A DNA stretch of 63,811 bases, filler included, from Conidiobolus incongruus B7586 (taxonomy: Eukaryota): NCBI GenBank assembly GCA_000697335.1. It is 20 parts of 20 records of this genome, joined end to end, with 100 filler letters (N's around TTAATTAATTAA, not from the genome) between each part and the next. Parts side by side here need not be neighbours in the genome. Positions count along the whole stretch, not along the records: positions 7,525 to 16,446 come from JNEM01003600.1; positions 16,547 to 20,031 come from JNEM01003616.1; positions 20,132 to 23,143 come from JNEM01003618.1; positions 23,244 to 26,770 come from JNEM01003621.1; positions 26,871 to 29,424 come from JNEM01003622.1; 15 more parts are not named here. One strand, given 5' to 3'. Below, in pieces: positions 13,643-28,096 of the stretch (position 1 is the stretch's first letter; each line of letters starts with the position of its first letter). A model generated the notes under the pieces. That model saw only the letters and a program-made list of their open reading frames with translations, ran no database searches and was not told where the DNA came from. The translations under genes were made by a program, and so were the position numbers.

Positions 13643-14645
13643 ATGACATCTACTACATCAGACCGTCGTGTATTAGGCTATCCCAGTCTCAATAATATCT
13701 TAAACTGGGAGGATGGGATTCCCAAACCCCAAACCAATTTACTCCTCATAGACAGCTTTGCCACCGAAGCTAACTTCTTATTCAACCACTTTATTATCAA
13801 TTATATTCAAACCAAACACTCTGTCATATTCATAGGCTTCAAAAATATTTTTAACCATTATAATTTGATATTGAAGAAGATGGTAATTCTAAGCTTTAAA
13901 TGAATTTTTTTGGTTTTTATTAATTTTTTGTTTTAGGGTTGTAATTTGACACTTGCAAAGAAGTCCAATTTATTTTATTTTGTGGATGGATTGACTCAGC
14001 TATCATCAACTGGTCCACCTGAGGCTGATGGTGCTAACGTGGATTTAACACTTCAATTAGACTCCAATAAGGATCAAATACTCAGTTTAATGACTCAAAA
14101 ATTGATTAAATTGATTCAAACTGCTGCTAGCAGTAGTCCAAATGGTCAATTGGGAGCTTTAATGATCGATGATTTGAGTACTTTGTTAAATTGTGGGGTG
14201 GACCCTATTAAGATTATTAATATGTTGAAATTGCTTAAAGTGGAACTCAACAAAGTAATTTCATTTGATTTATGAATAATTGTAATGGTATTAATTCATT
14301 ATTTAGGTTGGAAGTAGTTTAATAGTATTAATTCATGGGGACAAAGAACTTAGCGAAGATGCTAATCATTTCAAATTTATTCAATTGATTATGAACCAAT
14401 TTATGATATGGCTCAAAGTTGAACCTTTGCCTTCAGGTTACTCTAGGGATGTTGATGGTCAAGTAAGAATTTATCATAATATCAAAAGAATTAGCACTAA
14501 TTAATCTGTACTTTAGTTGAGTATTTATAGAGGATATCAATATTATCAAAGTCCAACCGAAGTCGAACCGAATTTAGTTCATTTCCAATTAAAAGATACT
14601 ACCGTAGAGTTTTTCAATAGAGGAACTTCTAAGAATGTTCTTTAA
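13643..14645 (+). CDS. ELP6: Elongator complex subunit 6, 4 exons
   Basis: LLLIDSFATEANFLFNHFI, FNHYNLILKKMGCNL, FYFVDGL, LMIDDLSTLL, VEPLPSGYSRDVDGQ and a terminal VEFFNRG; canonical short introns. Confidence 0.85.
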
Positions 14646-14792
14646 ATTATACAGAAAATTTTTATCAGCATATTTGTCAATAATAAAGCAAACTATAAAA
14701 GATATAAAAACAGATTTTAATGTTAGTTTAAATATATTTTAATAAATAATCTTGATAGTTTAATATATTAAAAGCATTAATACAATCTAATT

Positions 14793-15181
14793 TCAACGTC
14801 TCTTATTCTCTAAAAAATCTTTAGCTTCGTTAATTTTACTGGCAATATAGGGAGAACCACCTCTATCAGGATGATTAATTAACATAATTTTACGGTGAGC
14901 GGTCTTAATTTTATCACTGGTTAAACCACTTTCCTTCAAACCCAAAATAGCGGCGGCTTCCCTGCGACTCATTTGAGCATCGAAACCTCCCTTTAAAAAC
15001 TTGGAAGCTCCACAAGCTGCTCCTCCTGCCCTCTTTTGAAATTCTTTCATAGCCGCTCTTACTAAAATGGCACCACCAGCTATTCCTGCACCGATTAAAA
15101 ATGGAGATGACTATTTGAATATTGAGTTAGTAAATTTTGAGAATTATTTTTAAATGTTAATATTGTTATTTGATTTACCAT
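14793..15181 (-). CDS. PAM18: Mitochondrial import J-protein Pam18/Tim14; first coding exon is only the ATG (15181-15179), intron 15178-15111
   Basis: GGF...MSRREA..ILG, HRKIMLINHPDRGGSPYIASKINEAKD, and an N-terminal TM segment SSPFLIGAGIAGGAILVR. Confidence 0.93.
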
Positions 15182-18100
15182 ATTAAAAAAAACTATATTT
15201 TATTTAAAAAAGTGTTATTAATAATAGTAATAATCTTAATTTCAATTAAAATATTTATTTCAATTGGAGAAGAAATAAAATTATGGGATTGGAAATCTAC
15301 CTTCCTTTCTAGAATGTTTTTGATATTTGTAAAATGAATTCAAATTAATATCATCTTAAAGTAAATTCAATAATTAAAGCCTAAAATAATAAAATAAATT
15401 AAATGTATATAAAATAAACATTATGAAGTTATAACAATAAATTATTACCATGTATGATATATTTATTGTTACTAATAAATTTTAATCTCGATTCGAAATA
15501 TTATCAAATTTTGATGATTTTCAAATTAAACAATAATATTAAAATTGTTATAATGTAAACTTTTTGAATGAAATAATTTTTTAAATCCATTTCAAAGATA
15601 TAATATAATGAATTATATTAATTATATATATATTGTTTTCATAATTTTTGATTTCAATGATGATTCATTCATAAATAATCTAAATAATCAATCATTATTC
15701 TTCGACAATAATTATTATAAAAATTATTGATATTTATAATGTTATAAATAGTAAATGGAATATAGAATGATTTAATTTTAATGATTATAATCATTAAACA
15801 CTTCACATTTCGAGATAGTAATCTGCTGAAAGTTTAACTATTCCAAATATATATTAAATTCTTTGAAAATTCTATCCAATTTTATATTCCAATATCTATT
15901 CAAATTCAAATATATTATCCATTTTAAATATTGTAATAGTATCAATTCAATTAATCTTATCAAATAATTACTATTCATTTTATATTATTTTTAATTATTA
16001 ATATTACAAAGTCATTTTTCCAAATCCATTATAATTTCAATATTCAATAATGAACTCCATATATAAATATTAAATGCTTATATTTAGGAATTACATTAAA
16101 TAATATTAACTAAAATTATAGGCATTAAAAAGGGTCTAAATCGAGATATTAAGGTAAATTATTATTTTATGAATATCCATTCACCATTTTTTAAATAGGG
16201 ACAATATCATTTTATATATTTATCTCAATTTTTTTTATATTATTTTGAATTGTAAAATAATATTAGACTAGTAATACACTAATAATAGTTAACATTAAAA
16301 TACTAAAAAAGAGTTAAATATTTGATATTATTCAAAATACAATTAAATATTTTTTAAATAATATATTTATAATAAAATATATAATTTTTTATAATTAAAT
16401 TTTGATTTTAAATTAATATTTTTATATATTAAAGTTAACTTTCTTTNNNNNNNNNNNNNNNNNNNNNNNNNNNNNNNNNNNNNNNNNNNNTTAATTAATT
16501 AANNNNNNNNNNNNNNNNNNNNNNNNNNNNNNNNNNNNNNNNNNNNTTTATTATAATGAGTATTAAATAGTTTTATTCAGGTTTACAATAATTTACACAA
16601 TAATATATAATTAATATATATATATAATTATGTTTAAAAGCTGTTTATATATTATAATTGATTTTAAAATATTTATAAGCAAATTTTACTTATATTATCA
16701 AAATAAAAAATTTTCAAAGATTAGCAGTTAATTTAAATATTATTAAATGAAATAATATATTTTCAAAAACTAATATTTTAATAAAAAGATATTATATGTA
16801 TAGTTTTTAAATATATATTTTCCTATTTATTATATAAATATATTTTTCTTGATGAAACTAATAATATATTTAAAAAATCAAAAAATTAAAACTTTCTCAT
16901 TTTAATTGTGATCAAATATAAACAGGTTTGAAGAAATAATATGATCGAATTTTTATAAATTATATTATAAATAATATCAATAAATACAACACATATTAAT
17001 AAAGTGAATTTATTAAATATATAAGCTGTACCAAAAATGAGTTCTATTAATTCACTAATTTTAGTAGAATATTTGAATAATTTGATAATATAACATTCAA
17101 TGATTAAATATAATAAATTATACGAGTAATTGATAATAATTCATTTTAAAAAATATTAATTTTTGAATAAAATTTTTTGATGAGAATTTAAGTGTTTTAA
17201 ATATTAAATTTCGGAAAAGATATAACAGAATAGAAAGTATAATAAATTTGTGTATTGAGACGTGTTTTAATACCTTAAAATATATTCATAATAGATTTAT
17301 TTATTTAAAAGAGTTTAAAAATAATATAAATATTTTTTGGATAATATAATTTGAAATTATTTATATAACTAGTGATTAATTTATTCAATGAAATCATTTA
17401 TATCATATATATTATGGATCTACACATTCAAAAGGATTATTAATTTAATATAAATAAATTTGGAATATTGAGTTAAATAGTCTTGGATTATGTGGTAAAA
17501 GAAATACTATCATATAGCATAATTAATTATGTACGATTACGAATATATTCAATTTACAAATAGTTATTGATGATATAGCATAGCTTGAATATAACGAATT
17601 TTATTATTAGTTTTGAGACGAAAATTAAAATTTTGAAAAATATTTTAATATATTTCAAGTGATCTCGTATTTAATTATTCATTAACCTGCGCTATTACCA
17701 AATTTACAATGACATGATTGAAATTTAAATTTTGAAAGAAAATTTTATGTGGAGCAAGAATTTTCATAATTGATAGTCAAGATTATTCATTTTATGAATC
17801 ATATCGCTTAATTTTTAACTAATTAGGAAATTTTATAATCATTGCAAATTAGTATTATTCAAGCAATACAGTTTATATTTTTTTTAAATAATATCCATTG
17901 ATAATGGATTTTATCCAAACAGTTAATATAGTTAATTTTTTTAATGATACAATCCTAATCCATCCTTATAATACGTAAGGTTAATTGAATATAAATAATA
18001 TTTGAATCATGTGTATATCGAAAGAAATGGAGATTTTCAATTATCAATTTAATAATTTTTAAAATATATCCTAATATAAAAATTTCATTTAATAATTTGG

Positions 18101-19264
18101 ATTTTAAATATTATTTAATTTTATTAAGATTTGAATATTCTTTTCTATACAATTTATTCCTCTATTATTGAATAATCTTGATTAAACCAAATCAAATTCT
18201 GAATAAATCAATATAACAAAATGTAATCTAAAATTTATTAAGTTTATACCACTTTCGCTTAGATAACTTTGTTATTAAAATAATTATTTAATATATATTT
18301 CAATTATATGTAGAAAATGTCTAGAGATTGAAATTAATAGTCATTGATTCAAAGATAAAAAATAGCTATAAACAAATATTGATATTATTCAAGTTGGATC
18401 AAATTCATTAACAAACAGTTTTAATTAATTAATCAAGTCACTGATTACCCACCTACAATTTTATTTTATCATTTGAAATTTAGACAAAATTTAGTTGTTT
18501 TTTAGCGAATTTGCAAGATTTTAGATATTGATTTATTTAAAGTGATGATAATCAATAATGAGTTCCTAATACTAAATTCAAGGATATATCTTTCAAAATG
18601 ATTCCGAGTTCTTATTAATTTTTTGGGATTTTTTTAAATTATTTGATAAAATTTTATATTAATTTAAATCTGTAATATAAATTACTGAAGTTTTTTTTCA
18701 ATATATACTGGATTAAAGCAGAATAAGAACAGTAAAACATACATATATTTTAGCATCCTACAATTACATTTATTAACTATTCAAATTTACATTTTTGCAA
18801 ATTCTATTATAAATTTTACTTATTAATGTACAAAACAAAAACAAATTTTTTAAAGTTGCAAAATATATCTCTGAATCTTAATTAACACTTACCTGATTGA
18901 TATTATATTATAAAATTTACTCTACCCTTTGAATTTTCAATAGCCAGTACTAGATTACATCAGTGGATTAATATTTTGGATATACGATGCATTTACAATT
19001 TTGATATCTTATGAAATGGCTACAAGTAAAAAACCTGTATTTCAACTTAGCAGAAAATAGATTCCTATAGGTTAAATGAAATTGAGGTTAATATATTCAA
19101 TATTTATCCCTATCAATCCATTTTTTGTGTTTTCTTATGATTGTGTCATATCAAATTTAAAATTATTTTAAACTGCTGATCAAGTATATATAATTGAAGA
19201 AATGTCTTACTACAGAATTATATTATTCTTTCAAATATATTAATAGCAATAATAATTTGGCATC

Positions 19265-20031
19265 ATGATGATCAAGTCCTTACTCTTTTCAATGGGAATG
19301 TTGGCTACTTTTGCCTACAATAATATGACCATGGATCAAATTGTCGATCAATATAATGCTGAAGGTAGATTACTCGGGTTGGATGTTAAAGGATACTTTG
19401 ATGAGCTACTAAATCTTCCTGATACTTTCGTGAAAGATTTGTTGCGTGTTGCGCAATTGAAACCTCCCACCAAGCTGCAAACTGCCACCAAGATTCGCTC
19501 TCCACCTTCTGCTGAAGTTTCCAGACATTGGAGTCATGCTACTTTTTCTTATTGCGTCTTCTCTAAATTGGCTGATTATAAGTGTGTGATTGGATGTCCT
19601 GACTACAAGGTCACTAAAACCTTCGAAAATACAAGATATGGAACTTTTGCCATTGCTGGATTTGAACCATCCACTAAAGAGATTGTCATTTCTCATAGAG
19701 GTACTTCCAATATCAGAAATTGGTTAAGAGACTTTAGCTATAGCAAAGTAAAAATGCCTAACACTCCTGATGGTGTATTAGTTCATGAAGGCTTTTTCAG
19801 TGTTTATCAAACCAATGCTGCTAAACTTAATGAATATCTCATGGGAATGCTTAATGATCCTAAATTCAAGGGTTATAAGGTTGTTTTCACTGGTCACAGT
19901 TTAGGAGGAGCTGTTGCAACCCTACATGCAGTTGATATGGCTGCTAAGATCAAAGAAAAAGGTTTCAATGTTGAATTGTACGCCTACCACTCTCCTCGTG
20001 TTGGTAACATGGCATTTGTCAATCATGCTAT
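19265..20031 (+). CDS. Secreted class 3 lipase, 3' end truncated by a gap
   Basis: Signal peptide, IVISHRGT, VHEGF, nucleophile elbow GHSLGGA and SPRVGN. Confidence 0.9.
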
Positions 20032-20131
20032 NNNNNNNNNNNNNNNNNNNNNNNNNNNNNNNNNNNNNNNNNNNNTTAATTAATTAANNNNNNNNNNNNN
20101 NNNNNNNNNNNNNNNNNNNNNNNNNNNNNNN

Positions 20132-20981
20132 CAATTCACGCATTTCCATATCGACTAATTCGATCATTTCAGGATCATCAATGGCATCGACCTTGTTGAT
20201 GAAGACAACCAAGTTCTTGATACCGACTTGTTTGGCTAACAACAAGTGTTCACGGGTTTGAGGCATTTGACCGTCAGTAGCGGAGACAACAAGGATAGCA
20301 CCGTCCATTTGAGCAGCACCAGTAATCATGTTCTTGATATAATCGGCGTGTCCAGGACAATCGACGTGACCGTAGTGACGGTTACCGGTTTCGTATTCGA
20401 TGTGAGCGGTACTGATGGTAATACCACGAGCACGTTCTTCAGGAGCCTTATCGATTTCACCGTAGTCTTTAAATTGGGCACCACCTTGAGAAGCCAAAAC
20501 CTTGGTAATAGCAGCAGTCAAAGTGGTCTTACCGTGATCGACGTGACCAATGGTACCGATGTTAACGTGAGGCTTGGCTCTGGAGAATTTAGCGGCATCA
20601 GCATAACCTCTAGCTATAAAAAGTTAGGTTCCAGAAAAAGGATTTAAATTGATTAAAATAGGAGTACCTAAAGAGGGAATGTAAGCAGAAGAGACGGGAG
20701 TGTATCTAGGGGCAGCACGGGCCAAAAGAGCCTAAAAGATATTGCTGATTTAATGAAACTATTATTTAAAGCAAATGTAGTACAAGCTTACGTTGCGAGC
20801 AACATTGGAAGCAACAGCGGGTTTAGCAACCAAAGCAGAAAATTGGCGAACTATAATTAAAAATTATTTATTATTAATATAAATGCAATAAATAACTACA
20901 ATAAAATGATTTACCAGAAGTAGTTCTAGCAGATTTAGCAATGTTTAACAAATTAACTTTATTAAGATTGGAAACCAACAT
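20132..20981 (-). CDS. TUF1: Mitochondrial elongation factor Tu, 5' part (several exons; truncated by a gap)
   Basis: [44 protein letters not shown] and NKVD. Upstream exons encode an Arg/Ala/Ser-rich presequence from ATG 20981. Confidence 0.95.
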
Positions 20982-22823
20982 TGTGAAAGATTAAAATAGT
21001 AAATGATACAAAGTTAAAAAGAATTATACCAAGCGAAACCTAATTGGTAGACAGGATAGCTGTATGTAAAACTAAACTGGTACTTTGATTGTTTTTTATA
21101 GGTATCAATGTTATTTGACAAATTTAAGTTCTAAAACTTATTTTCAAATTATCTTTCATAAAATTGTGGGATTTAAATACTGAATTTGTATTTGGCCGAT
21201 TTTACTTTTTGCTGCTTGAAAGAAAATCTTTTTGGGTGATTTCAAGAATTTATTACGAGCTTTAATATAAGAGAATAGAATATTATATATTTGGTCTTTA
21301 ATCTTATTATTAAGCACAACATATTATAAAATAAACACTTTTAGCTTTTTCTTCAGTTTTCATTTATATTAGTATTCTTGCTGAAAATTTTGCAAGTTTC
21401 ATCAATTGCTCCAAGAATTGAGCAACAATACACAACCTAATCATGAAACAGCCATATCATGTTATTAGTTTTTTTATAGTTTCAGGGAATGAGTTCTTTA
21501 TTATATATTAGAAGAAAATAATACAAGTTAAACATATTTGATCTTATCAATTATTATCAGATGATCAATTATCCAATATTAATTAGAGGTTTATTTATGA
21601 ATACAGATGTTGTTATAATTCTTCAATATGAACAGTAATAAATCAAAACAAACCTTTCTTTGAGCGGAAATGTTATTATTATTTTTATTTCATATTTATC
21701 AATATCTGATTAGCGACTTTATTCCAAAGTATTGACTTTTTTAAAAATTATATCATACCATTAATATAGATTTTATATATAAATTCAAGATTAATTACAA
21801 CCTAATATAACTCTGTCCCAAAATGTAGTATGAATATTTAATACAAGGATATTCGAACTTTGAATCTTATTAATTAATATTAAAATTTTATCCATTCCTA
21901 TATTATTGAAATATAATGTTAATAATACTTTCGTATCATCATAACTTTACTTTGACTATTAACACATACAATAATTTTAATTTTCAACAAAACTGGTTCA
22001 TTTTTCATATATTCATAATGTAGGTATTTACTTTGGATTTTGGGAAGAATATTTATTTACTATAGATTTTTAATTAAATTGAAAAAAGGTCATATCTCAG
22101 CAATTATATAAAATGAAATTTTTTAACTTATTTTTACGATCAAATTTAAAAATTCTTGTGTTAATCTTCCACTATTTTAAAAAATTTATGAATCCAAATC
22201 AAGTACCTCATATTACTGAAAGAGTTGATAAAATTAAAATAAAATGTTTACAAAATATCAGATAGAATGAATCAAATATATTGAATGGCTAATATTAACT
22301 ATATTAATCATGGTAATGTGCTTTAATTATAACGATATATAAGGTTTTTATCATACGGTTAATAATTTATATATTTCCCATTCATCAAATATAGAAACAT
22401 TGTTTTGATAATTTTTTATACATGTAAGTTAAATGATGAAACTTTATTGGAGGTACTATTTGTTTGTAGTTATATTTTTTATTATTATGCTAATGGTCCT
22501 TTTTGTCATTTAAAATACAAATATATTGTTATGTTATTTGTATATTTAACTTTAATACATTAGTAGCAATATTTAATCATATAGTTCAAAAATTTTAAAA
22601 ATACCTAATATAATAGAAATTGAATAAAGTAAATCAAAAGCGAAGTGATATTATGGAATATTTAAATATAATCAAAATTAGTAATTATTATCCAAATTTA
22701 TATTAGTTGATAAAAATAGTCATAGATTTAAAAAAAAACTATTATCAATAATCAGGGAATAGCAATAAAAATTAAGAAAAAAACAAGGAACCAATTATAT
22801 TTTTTAAATCAAATTATTTTATG

Positions 22824-23143
22824 TATTACTTATTAATTTAAATAATAGGAATTTCTTGCGATTGAAAAAAAATAAATATTTTACTATATAATATATAAAA
22901 ATAAACATATAATATAAAATTAATATTTTTTTATTAATAATAATTTGTTGTCATACTTTTAGCAAACTTCTAATACCTAAATAATAATTCTTTTTATTAA
23001 AGACTAATATTTGATATTTCACAAACTAATTAATTACTTTTTCCCAAAGTTGTTTTTTAATTACTTAATATAATTATAATTTTATGGCTTATAATTTAAA
23101 GAATATAATAAATATATTATTTTTTTTTCTAGTTATTTTTAAT
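22824..23143 (-). mobile_element. Mariner (DD34D) relic, 3' end with terminal inverted repeat
   Basis: Begins TATTACTTATTAATTTAAATAATAGGAATTT like the other copies (58758, 54096) and aligns to the transposase C-terminus. Confidence 0.7.
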
Positions 23144-23243
23144 NNNNNNNNNNNNNNNNNNNNNNNNNNNNNNNNNNNNNNNNNNNNTTAATTAATTAAN
23201 NNNNNNNNNNNNNNNNNNNNNNNNNNNNNNNNNNNNNNNNNNN

Positions 23244-23654
23244 TGGTGGACTGATCCTGAAGGCTATATGAATTCAATTGGATTGGACGGGGGTATTTGG
23301 TATCTTCTTATTGGCGATATATTTGTCATTGTATTATATGGTCTCGTATACTTCAACGGGGTAGGGCCTGTGAATCCTGAAGTGTTTATCCAAATTAAAT
23401 GGGCCATTCATACCAAATGTGTAAGTGTAATGATGCAATGCCACTCCAAAAACTATATATATCCGTGCATACAACCGGAGTTTGTCGGTAATAAAGAAGC
23501 AGTATCCGGAAGATTTGCCAAATTGCTTTCCTCAGCTAATGATTCAAGTATTAACGGTAAGTCAAATCAAAATTCTTACACTATTGGGGGTGAAAGTTGT
23601 TCAACCTCGCTCGATAAAGATCAATTCAATTCAGATTATTTAGAAAAGGTTTAA
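23244..23654 (+). CDS. Uncharacterised multi-pass membrane protein, paralog A (5' truncated by a gap)
   Basis: Open frame with a hydrophobic helix; first about 165 bp identical to the 26092-26770 gene; both end in LEKV. Confidence 0.7.
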   Translation, partial: WWTDPEGYMNSIGLDGGIWYLLIGDIFVIVLYGLVYFNGVGPVNPEVFIQIKWAIHTKCVSVMMQCHSKNYIYPCIQPEFVGNKEAVSGRFAKLLSSANDSSINGKSNQNSYTIGGESCSTSLDKDQFNSDYLEKV

Positions 23655-23864
23655 TATCTATTGATTATATCAGAATTAATTAATCAATTTTCATATTCAC
23701 CTATACTTCCACAACGCGTTATTCATTGAAATAAATCTACTAAAATGAATTTAAAAATTAGTGATTTTTAGGCAAACATGCTTGATATCTAAATAAGTTT
23801 GAATGTGATAAATTATTTGTTTAATTTAATATTAGCTAATATAATGGTCAATTGAGTTAATTAG

Positions 23865-24990
23865 TACAGAAATTAAAAATAGCAAAATATTAAAATTAAA
23901 ATTAAAATTAATTAAAATTATTAATCAATTAATTATAAATATTAATTCACAAAATAAAATTAATATTCCATTTCATTATTAATAACATTTTACCATACCT
24001 TTAACAAGCTTTTAATACTTAACAAATAGGTTTTTTTATTAAAAATTGAAAATTAATGTTTTATGAACCAGTTTAATTAGTTTACAGGAATTCTTTTCCT
24101 GCAATTATATTTTTAATTACTTAAAGCAATTATAGTTATGTAAGTTATAACCTAGTGAATATACTAAGTATAGTAGTTTTTTATAATTTTAACCCTATAT
24201 ATGTTATAATTAATATATAAATTAATATGTATTTTAAATTTATAATAAAAACACCAACTAGAAATTATTTTAAAAAAACAATATAACACTTATAATTAAT
24301 AAATTCAACTTAACTAAATAAAACACTATATATTATTATAATCTATTATAGCAATTAGAATTCACTTATTCATAATTATTAGTATATTTGAATCTATAAA
24401 GCATATTATATTAACTTAATAATTAATTTTGTTTATATATCAAAGATTATATAAGGGAATTTAACATATATTAATTATTATGATTCATTTTAAAAATCCT
24501 TTGTTTTAGTTATATTTTAATATATTATATTTTTCTTAACTTTTACTATTTTAGTCTTTTCTAAATTTTACCAATTTAAAAAATTTTTAATTTTTGATAT
24601 TATTAGTTAAGTAAAGTTTAAACTTTAATATATTTAAACTATTAATATTAATTATTTAGATAGTTATTTAACTAAATTAAAATGGTATTATATATATATA
24701 ATCTTCATTTTAATAATTAAAATACAATAAGAATTAAACTTTTGTATTTTGGTAAATTTTGAATAATAATCTTCTTAACTTTAAAATATAATAAATATAG
24801 TTAATTTAATAATTAATAATTAATCATAATTTCAGATAAAATATTATATTTATAAGATTTTTACAAATATTAAATAATTTCAAAGTGTTTATAGTTGAGT
24901 TTCAGTAATATTAAATAAAAGACTTTTGATAATTCTTAATTAATTCAAAAATAACTCAATTTAACTTCAATTTTCGAATAAATATATTAT
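23865..24990 (-). mobile_element. Heavily decayed, near full-length mariner relic (boundaries approximate)
   Basis: Reverse strand near 24120-24180 matches the KLPHPAYSPDYNPCDYNCF region. Near 24890-24935 it matches the transposase 5' region (CAAAAGTCTTTTATTTAATATTACTGAAACTCAACTATAAA). Confidence 0.6.
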
Positions 24991-26091
24991 AACGAAGAAA
25001 TAGTTATATATATATATATATATATAGTTTAATAAATAATTTTTATCAATTAACTAATATATTTTATCAATTAATAATATTTCATATAAATTAATATCTT
25101 AACAATTTATTATAATAATCTAATTTAATTATTTTAAAAATATTTGAATCATAATATTATAATATCTTGAAGTACTAATAAATTATAAACTCTATATATA
25201 TTAACAATGTTATACTTTAATTAAATTTTATTATAATATATATTATAATTTTTCAATATCAATCGCAATCTATTTTAGTAAGTTACAGTTTTATCCTTAA
25301 TATATTCAAATTTTGATTGTTTATACTTATTCTAATTAAATTATTATTCATTAAATTGAAATAGAATTTATATGAATTTATGTGGTTTAATACTACACTA
25401 TTAAATCAATTTTTGTCCATTGGCAACAAATTTGAGTGTGAAATTAGAATCTATCAATGAAATCAAGTTGTAAATACTCTGATTTTATGTACACAAAGAC
25501 TGAAGCGATTGTAATTACAAGATCATAAGAATAAAACCTAATAAATCTCATCTCCTATTTGAAATATTATTTTGAAATCTTATTTAAAAAATTAAGTTAA
25601 TTTATAAAAAAATTATTTCTATAAGTCAAAATATATCAATTAGATAATATAAGAGGAATGGAGAATATTATTGAAATATGATAAATTTAAAATCTTAAAT
25701 AAATTTTTTTTCTATTAAAATAAATAAAATAAAATATTAATTAGATAAATAAAAAAAATATTTTAAATATATTGGTTAAATTATGTGATTATATTATTTG
25801 ATACTTTATTGATATTAATTATGTGATAGGCGGACTAATTAATTACCAAAATGTTTTACATGAGTGTTTTGTCCGAATAATAAGGCTATTTAACAATTGA
25901 GTGATATAACCAAAAATTATATGATCAAACAAAAAATTGAAATTTTCTTTTGAGTTTAGTTAAAACTATTGATTACTTCCAATATAAGTATTGTTATTAT
26001 TGCTTCAGTATTATTATTGAATTATTATTTTGAATATCAAATTTATTAATTGTTGAAAATTGGTTAATTAAATTCTGATACTATCTAAAAA

Positions 26092-26770
26092 TTAAACCTT
26101 CTCTAGAAATTCTGTGTTAAAATTCTCTTCATCTTGAGAATATGATGTACTTCCACCACCAACAGTGTAAGAATAAGAGTTTTTGATTGCTGTGCCTCCA
26201 TTGCTTGAATCGTTAGCCGATGGTGGCAAGTTAGGATGTTTTCCTGAAACTTTGGCTTTGCTGTCGAGGGCTTCTGGTCTTGGATTGGAAGTAATATATT
26301 TTTTCGAATGGTATTGCATCATTACACTTACACATTTTGTTTGGATGGCCCATTTAATTTGGATAAACACTTCAGGATTCACAGGCCCTACCCCGTTGAA
26401 GTATACGAGACCATATAATACAATGACAAATATATCGCCAATAAGAAGATACCAAATACCCCCGTCCAATCCAATTGAATTCATATAGCCTTCAGGATCA
26501 GTCCACCAATGAGGTAAAGGAGCATTCGATACAAATTTAGTAGCCCTGACCCTGCGTCGAATGAGAGCAATAGTCATCGGAAAAGCGACCAAATGAGTGA
26601 ATATATCCACCCACAATACGGTTGCAAACACTTCTGGAGGGAATGCAACAAGACAAAAAGTAGCTACTCCAACCATGGATTGCATATAAAAAATTAAAAC
26701 TGTAGCAATTGCAGTTTTACCAAGTGTAATGAATAACCCATAAAACAGAATATTTAACCATTTTATCAAC
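26092..26770 (-). CDS. Uncharacterised multi-pass membrane protein, paralog B (5' truncated by a gap)
   Basis: 225-aa open frame with at least three hydrophobic segments; paralog of 23244-23654. Confidence 0.75.
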
Positions 26771-28096
26771 NNNNNNNNNNNNNNNNNNNNNNNNNNNNNN
26801 NNNNNNNNNNNNNNTTAATTAATTAANNNNNNNNNNNNNNNNNNNNNNNNNNNNNNNNNNNNNNNNNNNNTATATAAAATTAATAGGTATTTGAAAGATT
26901 TGGAAAGTATTCCAATTTTTTCAAAATAAATTAATATATCTTTATATATTTTTATATCAATAATAAATAATTAATACAAAACGCAAGTATATATTTTATT
27001 AGATATAAAAATATATTTTTCCAATATTTACTAATTAATGTAATAGTTTTGAAATTTTTTAATAAAAGAATACTTCAAAGCTACTGATTTCTTATTATAA
27101 TATTTCTGAATATTATTATTAAATTACTATGTAATTTGAATTAAAAAATACATATATATATGAATTTATATATATTTAAATATAAAGTTCAAATATTTTT
27201 AATTAGTTAAATTTAATAATAACTATATTAAATATATTTAATATTGAATAATACTAATACTGATATATATTTATATAATTAAATAATATATTATTTTTAT
27301 TAAAATATGACTTAATATAAATTATATATTTATATATAATATCAAAATATAATCAAATTATTAGTAAATCTATAAAATCTCTAATATAACTCATATATTT
27401 CAAATTACAATTATCAAATCTGATTGCTCTTATAATCAGAGATAGCTTTGAAACTTAGGCTATGTTGTCTACTTTTGAAATTTCATTGATCATGATATAT
27501 TATCAATATTTTAAATTTTCATAATTGCAATATAATATTTTTATATTTTAAAAATACTCAAAACACATAAAATGCATTATATTACATATTATTGATTCCT
27601 TCAGGAATATTAAAATATAACATCGATTTAAAGATAGATAGAGAAGTAATTATTGGTAGTATAGGTAGCATGGGATGTATTTGAAATGAAATTTTATTAA
27701 TTGGTGGATTTGTGTATTTGTGTATTTGTAAGTGGATTAGTGATGGTACAATGGAAGTTTATTGAAATTAATATTAGATCAAATCAACCGAAATCTAATG
27801 AAATTTTTTAACTAAAAATGTAGTAAATTAATGTTTAAATAGAAACCAATATGGCTAAAGAAACTGGATAATATGAAATTACTACCACATGTATTTTATA
27901 TTATTATACGAATTAATAGAGTGGGAAAACATCAATAAATATAAATAAACTATAAAGTTGAAATCTTTTGAATGGCATGAAATATATGGTATATTTAATT
28001 ATAAATAAATAAATATAATTAACTCTATGAAATAAAGTTGAAAGTGTATTTGAAACTGTTAAGGGGTTATTAAATATATAAATAGTGACGATATGA

